64,000 bases of DNA from Corallochytrium limacisporum Hawaii (Eukaryota > Protista > Pluriformea): contig PDIP01000073.1 in assembly GCA_002811645.1 (NCBI GenBank), forward strand, positions 1 through 64,000, in the 5' to 3' direction. This document shows, in pieces, positions 56,701 to 64,000 of this stretch. Each line of letters begins with the position of its first letter. Within the stretch, counting starts at the first letter, position 1. The translations under genes were made by a program, and so were the position numbers. The notes under the pieces were generated by a model. That model was not told where the DNA came from. It was given only the letters and a program-made list of their open reading frames with translations, and ran no database searches.

Positions 56701-58765
56701 GGATGTCAGCGAGCGCCTCAAAAAATTGCCAAATTCCTTGATTGTATAAGCTTCTCCATTGTGCGATCGGGTCCTTCGCCGTTGAGTGATAGTTGGGAAG
56801 GTAAACAAGGGTAAGAATGACTTCCACAGTCTCAATGACGCAATCAATGGAATGCATGCCAAGAAGGAGCTCCTCCAACCCTGCGATTGCTTCCGTCAAA
56901 TGTGGTACCGGACCATCGTCCCGTTCTCGAGTCATGCGGTCAATGATGAGCTTGAGCAATCTGAAAGACTTGAGAGTATCCGAATCGCGATGCCGCGCAT
57001 CGTCGTCGTCTCGGTCACTGTCGTGATTTTGGTGTGCGCATAGTGCGGCCTCAATCTCCGCCCAATGTTCTGCCTGTTCCAACATGGCATCCGGGATGTC
57101 CTCAGGCATGATGTGTCCCATAGTAGACAACACGCCGTTCTGGATGATTCCGTTCAGCAATTGTGTTATGGTCCATCGGTTGTTGTCCTGTAAGCCGAGA
57201 AGAGAGTTCGCCACCGATAATGTAAAGGCAGCTCTTTGGCGCCCGTATTCGATACGATGCAATCCCCGCGGTGGCACCCATTCCCGTAGAATGGTCTGCA
57301 GGCGGCTCAGTGTCCCATGTCCATCCAATGCATGCCTTGCGAGGTCATCTATGAAAAAGATCCAGAACAATCCTTTGATGGACTCGTGAAGGGGACTCTT
57401 TTGAATCAGATCGGTGACCTGCTTTAGTGACGGGTCAGTGCGCACCAGAATCGACAAATCACCAAGCATGTACTCTGACATTGGTCGAGTTCTGGCCACG
57501 CTTCGGATAAAAAATGTCTGCCATATCTCAGGCAAGGTTTCCGGGACATGCGGCTCATCGGACATCAGGCGATGTAATTCTTCAGCTTCATATGCCTGCA
57601 ATTTGGCAACAGTTTCTGTGCCGTGTGCTAATATATACGCATACATAGCGTGAATCTCATTAATTTTCTGTCCAACACCTTGGTCAATAATCAGACGTCC
57701 GATATCAAACGCAAGCCAGTCGTCATCACCGACAACCATAAGTAGATCACACGCGGCCTCCGCAGCCACTTCACTTGGCTGCTCTGCAAGCTCCTTGAAA
57801 ACATCCTTTGCTATTCCGCGCAATACTGGCATCTGCGAAGTGATCAAACCACAGAGCCCGGGATGCCTCCTCAGAGCATTTGCAATATATGATTTCTCAT
57901 CCTCCGTGAATCCCAATCGTCCCACCATCTCTGCTTGAGTGCTGTACGTAAAGCTATGCATCTTATTGACGATTTGCATGCCTTTGGGGTCTATACTGTG
58001 TACCTCCCATTGATTAGGTCGTGCACTAGATGGGGTTGACCCACTCGCGCTGGCCAATTGTCCCATTGCTGCAAGAATGGTGCTCGCACTATACCGAGGC
58101 GCACTGGTCCTACGATTCTCGCTGCCCTGGCGCGCTATGTCAACAGATCCATGTGGAGTCCCGGACGAAGGGCTGTGACTGCGACTTCGGCTTGTGTTTT
58201 CGTTGTCTGATCTTGTCCTGGTGCCTCGTCCTGCTCCCCGAGAACCAGATACCTCGTCTGCATCATCTTCAAAAGCTGTAACCAGAGCTGCCATGGCATC
58301 AGCTTTGGTCTGCAGAAGATGTATCTCTCCCCTTTGCAGAGTTCCATCGAGAAAACCGTGTTCATCATCGGGTAGATCCAAAAGGCAGTAGCAATAGAAC
58401 CATGCCATATGGTACTTGCTCCGAACCATTGATTTGCACAAATGATCTATCGGCTGTGGGTTTAAGACGAAATCATATAACTTCCGAACCGCCCGCTGAA
58501 ACAATTCGTGGCTGTGGGTGTGTAACATTGGGTCTACGGTATACTCGTGCAGTGTCCTCAGAGCAAGTCGGAGAAGCTGTGTACATCCATCAGCAAGGTA
58601 TTTCTCGAACAGTGTATACATTACCCACGACTTTGATGCCCGTCCAGTAGGTACACTGGTGAGGATTGTCAGATCAGTATCCGCTGAGTGTTCCATCATG
58701 CCCGACAGCGGTCGCTCCGGGCCATACCCAACGGAGTCCGAGTCAAAGCTGTCCATTGTGCTCAT
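50714..58765 (-). CDS. Spastizin/ZFYVE26 (SPG15)-like protein with an internal DUF547 domain and a degenerate FYVE finger
   Basis: 2683-aa ORF. C-terminus (QLEAAIAVKNMRDAFLIC...INLVRQAARKDGNLALVENCDKL) resembles the spastizin terminus. Cys-rich finger at ~52840-53010. DUF547-like motifs YINLY..MLHAY and PLLSFALNFG...PPLRLY. Confidence 0.7.
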   Translation of the reverse strand: MSTMDSFDSDSVGYGPERPLSGMMEHSADTDLTILTSVPTGRASKSWVMYTLFEKYLADGCTQLLRLALRTLHEYTVDPMLHTHSHELFQRAVRKLYDFVLNPQPIDHLCKSMVRSKYHMAWFYCYCLLDLPDDEHGFLDGTLQRGEIHLLQTKADAMAALVTAFEDDADEVSGSRGAGRGTRTRSDNENTSRSRSHSPSSGTPHGSVDIARQGSENRRTSAPRYSASTILAAMGQLASASGSTPSSARPNQWEVHSIDPKGMQIVNKMHSFTYSTQAEMVGRLGFTEDEKSYIANALRRHPGLCGLITSQMPVLRGIAKDVFKELAEQPSEVAAEAACDLLMVVGDDDWLAFDIGRLIIDQGVGQKINEIHAMYAYILAHGTETVAKLQAYEAEELHRLMSDEPHVPETLPEIWQTFFIRSVARTRPMSEYMLGDLSILVRTDPSLKQVTDLIQKSPLHESIKGLFWIFFIDDLARHALDGHGTLSRLQTILREWVPPRGLHRIEYGRQRAAFTLSVANSLLGLQDNNRWTITQLLNGIIQNGVLSTMGHIMPEDIPDAMLEQAEHWAEIEAALCAHQNHDSDRDDDDARHRDSDTLKSFRLLKLIIDRMTRERDDGPVPHLTEAIAGLEELLLGMHSIDCVIETVEVILTLVYLPNYHSTAKDPIAQWRSLYNQGIWQFFEALADILEQWQAKTSNVDTRGRSIRSLQSAVRDIMQRAQIVDALTNVPDEHSFVSKRIRSLPSTLQLAVEWPILLKALAWADLLDDAIEDRGLWTRLVQESTGNDELECIVRHLQMHSMLEKDDDLFESLQHILRKGAVAEFCDAVLGMHFRGVLQPQEAMIIQAQVNQYVSDISKISTRKERDQRSTLDFLRDSIGVSPPRKPSIDTDDISDRVLVLQKVVNLALALHSIETVPDSFSAFVSVKPTLLADILRRQGRSMDVLEIKRYQHVLQLFAGEGDMDTLWIDQALAFCLGDLDWQSQHGTASIGSRFVTHIQDISNRHEGDFGSPTKSLSDMMDTRLEDQIWRLAIVVADEATARRVAAVLHKTLEMVIAESLLVHYTEANALSHGGLHGRGRVSWTDPLNSSDPDLVREAFENSGTLDPKVFVNDLLQELLDVVKPFIDYDDELESQGYGVLCLEDRRRIRLRQEYVLFVQKTAGLVSVDLSVLSPGQRPATYINLYLLMMLHAYISSDTLPVTSLEVLDYLQSTGYTMSGLGKLTAWEIDVYLLRINMRVPLLYGMTSVDRSSQPKRAALLRRYAIDSAYPLLSFALNFGCLDAPPLRLYESSTLRDQLSDNAKLYLTRTVRVSTKFANPRQRGFFFVDMGRADIALPRVLWSSRQDITSSDDIRDLILFVERLVPNSDMAAALKLVRELNRPLRLRWTHSCHAINDIPITASALSLDDIENVPSTAYPEAFNAWSPVSVSMNERQRALHVLRSRSEDLGRFFDLATLSLNREDLTYNEAIAEFASVVSPGSTMTRYVSQAHLYVHRYGRDHYRIDERLVWPASIAPNGAFWLADSVGLVTDRLQRSIIAYEAELGKAEAALVFWKASNLDDAPNEELLMTVFDELAPGDSLWRVALLKARTKHYAAEKALAGTLDDMPRTSEIRQNKDMYRALMEILDWDVTGEPLINVLDRIVVEDQALQGLEDTNPKPGVFFLDIWQQSPRIARELGCQLIAAGYGETLQRWMALDVSIDPTRAAIKPLLDALTARQLLHSENAYARWNRLLSSASTKEILEMSVMCLIETTEHHKRAEISRHLLLSGTLEDGRQVSGVKKVLKAAEMAQWCMEYLRDLPSLGLLGVYLRHDTVADFLVYNGRFADVLQLLAAHPDLKVHIIDEIFMMLKRCWDSFITGDSESGSVHKIANHILGIPAESSSWLQRRRVYSQTRIASVQRVLGDSIAGSNLMAIYRSPQDSCINCRRSCVLNADGYTCRECEMPLCEVCLQGDHSSGAAKTLPLHAYCAYCLATADNSQGGSSLPIRKTATETQQAVDCRLMDLADDLFAINFKDHDPFRIEIDASKAVDEDFDLWFFTGVAGIDKVTKDKYFSRWMPTRRMFLQLANVLHCIGQSNILRIFAIDNFPRQPSLQIPRRRTHGRQLNRSDLLELMHDFSATIVAEGTSKLSEQDKKFNALKTRLDILFDIETEYGPDTGLCLRDLLSPTNDGLQRALDNAIQHDVRHNVCTRIRRLMHDMAADGPQMDSQRFLQALRVRALDEAFFFFDRAMDQIEAQNLDVSEFLPSTRIMEELGVAFFLDLQVGHADTYIDQVVLYMRRIADTLTLMKTIIDWKCWDKLAVELSICKDDETNFAALQHLLRRDSIWEFLAFIEQSTVAYGSTMSTLRKLAHTCRSTGLSTVAMVLSMTCGDHVKAFEASIDTFLRIDLTHYDRILQLREGRSFLDSLRSKRMLEAAPGLISATEDLAGQNDDESIEHMLAVTDLQLRICDVSPMWNPQSSHGVHFRRSRVQAETSQGVSERSSLANRLARMVVGSSRVKPYGGGRSAESNAPIILDRESGRHRACIHLLKLCEYNLATEVVEIYGMSMEDVVVSTILSFDLSRDLDALSNLLIHFFDNGRNTDFVDKAVLSAIRHLMADNITKRQRLARYFTVYIREPQAQLEAAIAVKNMRDAFLICKERLHTEEAINLVRQAARKDGNLALVENCDKLALRHGIRPRR

Positions 58766-60395
58766 GATTACGCTTGGGTGGCAACTAGCCGACCCGTCAC
58801 CAATACGTTAAATTAGGTCATTTTATGTGACCGAGCTCTGTCATATTCCTCACATCGTGGAACTTGATCCGACTGACCAATCGAACAACGTCATTCGGGA
58901 CACCACAGTATCATCACCATTGTGGATTTTATATGCACTTTATATGAACTGGACCGAAATCTACCAATAGACTCTGAGTACCAGTGTTAAACAAAGGCCT
59001 GCGCACCCGTTTGCAAATGATACCGGCAGCACCGAAAACCAAACCAAATCAGCCCGTCCCTACAGAGACGGCCTCGTCGCAAATCGCGCTGCCTCCCGCT
59101 TCCCGCTCAGTCCGGGACCTGCGTATTGCTCACTATTGAAAACTACTAGAAAGTCATTTACGAAGACTCAGTATATTTCTATACGAATATTATATCCTGA
59201 TATTGTACATTTTACATTATTCAGTATATCAAATATACGCGGACCGTGAGGGCTCAGTAGTGAATATACCCAGTCGTGACCGAGCCGGTCTGGCTGGTGA
59301 AAACCCTGCGAGCCCCATTTTCCACACCGTGCACCGTGGGCTTCGAAACAGCCATTCACAGCGGGAGCATCAGCGGGTCTGCAACCATCTCCCGAAGGCC
59401 ATCTGTGTTAGATGTGGCGTTTGTGCTACATACTGTCCTGCGAAGACCGTTCCTACCATTCTTATCTGTCCTTTGCTGGTTAGGTCATGTCTAAATGGGC
59501 GCCCGGACTCATTGCGCCCTTTTCTTCTTGCCAACATGTCATTGATAAGTTATTGCTCTGTGTGGTACATTCTCCTGTTGACGTAATGATCGGGTGGGTA
59601 ATAATTTTCTCGTATTTTTCACCCCAGTGCGTGACAGTTGGTGATTTATATTGGTATCAACCGCGCATGGAGCCCGTTGATTTGACAGAATTGTGCATTT
59701 GGTACGCAAGCACCGTTGTACGGTCCAGACGTGCTCCCCAACGCCCACTTCGTCCTCGTTCTCACCGTAGTCTCAGTATAGAAATCTTTCCCTGGCGAGA
59801 AAGGGGAAGGGGGCGGTGGGAGGTCCGTGGTGTTGAAACCCGGAGATGTCAGTGGGACCTGGTATCCCGAAGTTCGGCCGTATACGTCCCTTTGAAACAT
59901 AGGGCGAAACGCAACGGCGGAACTCTATGGCGCGTGTATAGTTGTTTTGTTGTGCGGGCGAGACCGGGAGGGAGGGTGTCCGGGGCGTTTTGAAATTTTT
60001 GTCTTCCCTCTGGGGGAACCCCCTCCCCCCGTGTCTCTTGCGGGCTCCCCTGCCCCCCCCAGTCGCGCTTCCGCTTACTAACTTGCTTCACTCCGTCCCA
60101 CAGTGTGTTCATTTCTGGAGGGGAACGAAGCGGGTCTCGGTCGGGAGCTGGCACCAAGTGCAACAACGGTTGGGTGTCCACGGACTTTTATGGTAGTCGT
60201 GAGGATCGCAACAACATTGGATGGAGGTGGCGGGCTGTGAGTCTTACTGAGACACTGGCTTCCCCATGAGATCACGTATTTGAGGGAGTACACGTCACCG
60301 GGATTTCTATCAGCGAAAATGGTTCCACCGTGCTTTAGATCAGTGTTTGTTGACATCCTCGAACAGTAGTATATCCAAACACCAACAGAAACACA

Positions 60396-62444
60396 ATGAC
60401 GAACGATACAGCACCACCCGAGATTGAGACCCTCTACAAGATGGATGGGTACCTCAAGCCATTTGATGGCTACATTCGCTACCGCTATGATCACTACATT
60501 CGGTTCAAGCGACGCATTCAAGAATCTGAAGGGGGCTTAGATGCTTACACTCGTGGGTACGAGAACCACGGGATCTGCACACGTCCTGATGGAGTCTACT
60601 ATCGCGAATGGGTGCCGAATGCACAGGAAGTCTACTTGGTCGGAGAATTCAACAATTGGGAGAAGTCTCATAAGTGTACACCTGACCAATACGGCAAGTG
60701 GGAGATTTTCATTCCGAACAACAAGGATGGCTCACGGGCTATTCCGCACGGCTCCAAGATCAAGACTCTGATCCACACCAAGGGTGGAGAATGGCTGTAC
60801 CGTATCTCCCCCTGGGCTGAGCGTGTGGAAGTCGAAAAGGATAAGCCGATTTTTACATCCGTATTCTGGGATCCTCCTGAAGGAGAATACGTTATGAAGA
60901 ATCCTCACCCAAGCATTCCCAAGTCCGGATTGCGCATCTATGAAGCTCATGTCGGTATCGCCAGCCAGGAGCCAAAAGTAGCGTCATACGAAGAATTCCG
61001 GACCAATGTATTGCCTCGGATCCATAAGCTGGGTTACAACTGCATCCAGCTCATGGCTGTGATGGAGCATGCCTACTATGGATCCTTTGGCTACCAAGTG
61101 ACTTCTTTCTTCGCCGCCAGTTCACGGTACGGCACACCGGAGCAATTGAAGCACCTTGTTGACGATGCCCATGGGATGGGTATTACTGTGCTTCTCGACG
61201 TCGTCCATTCCCATGCCTCGAAGAACGTCGACGATGGTTTGAACCGTTTTGACGGTACAGATCACTGCTACTTCCACGAGGGAGGCAGGGGTTTCCATGA
61301 TCTTTGGGACAGTCGCCTGTTCAACTACCAGAACTGGGAAGTTAGTCGTTTCCTGCTGAGCAATCTGCGCTACTGGATCGAAGTGTACGGCTTTGACGGC
61401 TTCCGCTTTGATGGTGTGACTTCAATGATGTACTATCACCACGGTATCGGCACAGGATTCAGCGGTGGTTATCACGAGTACTTTGACGACCACAAAGTTG
61501 ATGTTGAGTGCATGACATACCTGATGTTGGCCAACGACTATTTGCATGAGTACTACCCGAGTCACATGATCACAATCGCGGAGGATGTCAGCGGCATGGC
61601 CACCCTATGTCGTCCAGTAAAGGAAGGTGGTGTGGGCTTTGATTACCGCCTGGCCATGGCGATCCCCGACACATGGATCAAGCTGTTGAAGGAGCAGAAA
61701 GACGAAGACTGGAACATGTCCCACATCTGCCATATCCTGACCAACCGTCGCTACAAGGAGCCAGCCATTGCATATGCGGAGAGTCATGATCAGGCCCTTG
61801 TGGGTGACAAGACACTAGCCTTCTGGCTCATGGACGCAGAAATGTACACTCACATGAGCGTGTTTTCAGAACGTACACCTGTTATTGATCGGGGCATGCA
61901 ACTGCACAAGATGATTCGTCTGATTACGTTCGCATTGGGCGGCGAAGGCTATCTGAACTTCATTGGCAACGAATTCGGGCACCCTGAGTGGCTTGATTTC
62001 CCGCGCGAGGGCAACCAAGAGAGCTACCACCATGCACGGAGGCAGTGGAATCTAGTGGATGATGACACGTTGCGATACAAGTTCTTGAACGCATGGGATG
62101 CTGCCATGATGCATCTGGAGAACAAGTTTGGCTGGCTGCTCACGGACCAAGCTTATATTTCGCTGAAGCACGAATCAGACAAGGTCATCGTCTTTGAGCG
62201 TGGCAACTTGCTCTGGCTATTCAATTTCCATCCTAGCAATTCGTATCCCCACTACCGCGTGGGTACGTGGTGGAAGGGTAAGTACACCGTGGCGTTGTGC
62301 AGTGACGACTCGCAATTCGACGGTCATGGCCGCGTGCACCATGACACGGAATTCTGGTCCCAGGACCATCCATTCAATGATCGTCCTAACAGTCTGCAGA
62401 TTTACTTGCCCAATCGGACGGCCATTGTTCTTCAGCACGAGTAA
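60396..62444 (+). CDS. GBE1: 1,4-alpha-glucan (glycogen) branching enzyme, GH13
   Basis: [52 protein letters not shown] and [14 protein letters not shown] motifs. Confidence 0.98.
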   Translation: MTNDTAPPEIETLYKMDGYLKPFDGYIRYRYDHYIRFKRRIQESEGGLDAYTRGYENHGICTRPDGVYYREWVPNAQEVYLVGEFNNWEKSHKCTPDQYGKWEIFIPNNKDGSRAIPHGSKIKTLIHTKGGEWLYRISPWAERVEVEKDKPIFTSVFWDPPEGEYVMKNPHPSIPKSGLRIYEAHVGIASQEPKVASYEEFRTNVLPRIHKLGYNCIQLMAVMEHAYYGSFGYQVTSFFAASSRYGTPEQLKHLVDDAHGMGITVLLDVVHSHASKNVDDGLNRFDGTDHCYFHEGGRGFHDLWDSRLFNYQNWEVSRFLLSNLRYWIEVYGFDGFRFDGVTSMMYYHHGIGTGFSGGYHEYFDDHKVDVECMTYLMLANDYLHEYYPSHMITIAEDVSGMATLCRPVKEGGVGFDYRLAMAIPDTWIKLLKEQKDEDWNMSHICHILTNRRYKEPAIAYAESHDQALVGDKTLAFWLMDAEMYTHMSVFSERTPVIDRGMQLHKMIRLITFALGGEGYLNFIGNEFGHPEWLDFPREGNQESYHHARRQWNLVDDDTLRYKFLNAWDAAMMHLENKFGWLLTDQAYISLKHESDKVIVFERGNLLWLFNFHPSNSYPHYRVGTWWKGKYTVALCSDDSQFDGHGRVHHDTEFWSQDHPFNDRPNSLQIYLPNRTAIVLQHE

Positions 62445-62653
62445 GAAGGTCATTGTTCCTTCTGTTACAGTAGCAATAGCATAGTATCACATTGTACAAA
62501 GTACCACCGACATTCAAGAACATTATCGGTTAGTCTCTTGTGGTTGACTGAAACAAATCAACTATGTATTCGATATAGAAAACAAAATGTAATAGACCAA
62601 ATGAAAACCAACCCATGCACCTTGACAGCGGGCCATAATCCGGGATTAAGCCT

Positions 62654-64000
62654 TCAGTGCTCACCTGCCTCAAGATGGCAAAGACTACTGAAGATCTCGT
62701 CCCAGAATTCGCCGTTCTTACCCGTCAGTCCACGGAGGTCATCATCATAGCATCCCGTCCTGGCGATATCGCTAAGGAACTCCAAGTCTTCCTCCTGTAC
62801 AGTGCCGCAGTGTTCCATGAAAAAGGCATGCATGTAGTGCGTGCAGTCCATGGGACTTGGCTGGATGTCCTGACCAGTACGATTGTCATTGGTGTCTCCG
62901 CGGTACAGCAAATCCATGATCGCTCGACTGGTGGCATCACGTAGATTCTTCATGTAGTCGACGCGGGAATAGTAGGCAGTTAATTGCGCTGCTGCATCCT
63001 GAATGGTATCCAAGTGCCTGTGTACTGCGTCCAAAAACATACTGAGAAGGACTGTCCTTTTCACTTTGCGACTGTCTAGACTATTCATACCATGCGGCCC
63101 AATGGGCTTGACTGGCGGGGCGTTCTTCATGCTTTCAATCCCAGGCTTGCCTGCAGTCAACCATTTGGACAGAGGAGCCTCTTGAATGTCTTTATCGCCG
63201 AACTCCAGCACGGTGGAGGTCTGCGTGAGATTTTTCGCCGTCTCATAAATCTGCTCAATGGTCTCAGAGGTTGGCACACCATAGTCCAAAGTTTCCATCC
63301 ACTTTACGCTGAAAACGTCTCCCAAAAAGGTGCCAAGCTTTGCATCGTAATAGCAGGCAAAGCTGCTGTGGGTGGCATCCGCGCTGCTCACTGCATAGAC
63401 TCCAGGAGTCCTCAGATTCTCCCACATACTACCACTCTCACACGCCTCCAGGTAGAACACCATGGTGTCAAACATGCCCCGCTCCTTCATCTGCTCTAGA
63501 GTATCAAGCAGAAGCTTGGCGCTCATCAACTTTCCGTCCGGCATCAGGATGGCTCCAACGGTGCCATGGTCGACAAAGTTGATAAAAATGCGGTCATGGG
63601 GACCGGACTGCAGAACGCGTCCTGTGCCAACGCCGCGCACGGCATCTTGATCACCCAGCAAGACCTTGACTAACGTCTCTGCGGTCACATCGGACCCTGT
63701 GTAGTCTGCAGGGACGCCATCGTACACATCCCCTCCGTTTGGATGGTTCACAACCACGCCAGGGAAGGGGTTCGCAATGTTATGAGCAATGTCATCATAG
63801 TGCATCACAATAATACGCTCCTCCCGGAAGCCATTACGTCTGAGAATGTGGTAAGCATGGTATATATCTGCTTGATGACGGTAGTTCCACCAACCCCGGC
63901 TTCCCGCAATCAACACAGCCCAATTGTCACCTTGCTCTTGGTGGTGCCAGGGCCACCATTGGATCGGGGGTTTGTCGTCATGACCTTTGAAGTCGTGTGG
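62654..64000 (-). CDS. LGMN: Legumain/asparaginyl endopeptidase (peptidase C13), 5'-partial
   Basis: NWAVLIAGSRGWWNYRHQAD, YDDIA, FVDHG (catalytic His) and LEACESGS (catalytic Cys); the frame stays open to the window edge. Confidence 0.92.
   Translation of the reverse strand, partial: PHDFKGHDDKPPIQWWPWHHQEQGDNWAVLIAGSRGWWNYRHQADIYHAYHILRRNGFREERIIVMHYDDIAHNIANPFPGVVVNHPNGGDVYDGVPADYTGSDVTAETLVKVLLGDQDAVRGVGTGRVLQSGPHDRIFINFVDHGTVGAILMPDGKLMSAKLLLDTLEQMKERGMFDTMVFYLEACESGSMWENLRTPGVYAVSSADATHSSFACYYDAKLGTFLGDVFSVKWMETLDYGVPTSETIEQIYETAKNLTQTSTVLEFGDKDIQEAPLSKWLTAGKPGIESMKNAPPVKPIGPHGMNSLDSRKVKRTVLLSMFLDAVHRHLDTIQDAAAQLTAYYSRVDYMKNLRDATSRAIMDLLYRGDTNDNRTGQDIQPSPMDCTHYMHAFFMEHCGTVQEEDLEFLSDIARTGCYDDDLRGLTGKNGEFWDEIFSSLCHLEAGEH

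Noticed and set aside
59865-59930. Stem-loop with GGGCGAAAC resembling a hammerhead ribozyme; the same 11-mer occurs near 41093
   Set aside because: Lacks the CUGANGA core; an 11-nt match is expected by chance in 64 kb
1-64000. CRISPR arrays, transposases, retroelements, rRNA or snRNA genes
   Set aside because: No repeat-spacer arrays, TIR/LTR pairs, RT/integrase motifs or conserved rRNA/snRNA motifs were recognised by eye

Overview
Compact eukaryotic nuclear DNA with two N-gaps. It holds 16 recognisable protein genes, every one a single uninterrupted reading frame (up to 8 kb): PDX1, GSKIP, a SUR-like ABCC transporter, DZIP1, MECR, two AMT paralogues, an FrnE/DsbA selenoprotein, PP4R3/SMEK, ATAD1, V-ATPase A, POLR3F, a MACROD-type macrodomain protein, a spastizin/ZFYVE26-like protein, GBE1 and a partial legumain. 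There is also one intron-containing tRNA-Thr(CGT). The gene set (animal-like SUR, DZIP1, GSKIP, ZFYVE26, plus de novo B6 synthesis) and intronless CDSs suggest an intron-poor unicellular holozoan, possibly Corallochytrium-like; this is inference. Main observations: (1) the tRNA-Thr gene cannot pair at acceptor positions 1-2 and has only a U-G wobble at position 3, the signature of 5' tRNA editing known from mitochondria, here in a nuclear gene with intact Pol III signals; (2) the ORF track misses the FrnE N-terminus because its redox motif is UGA-P-W-C (selenocysteine), and a clear type II SECIS lies in the 3' UTR; (3) most genes have candidate ~32-61 nt GT-AG introns just upstream of the ATG, often in chains separated by 0-9 nt micro-exons; (4) a DUF547 domain is fused into spastizin, whose FYVE finger is degenerate; (5) two ORF-less regions of 7 and 10 kb lie upstream of the AMT genes. 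All calls were made by eye, without database searches.
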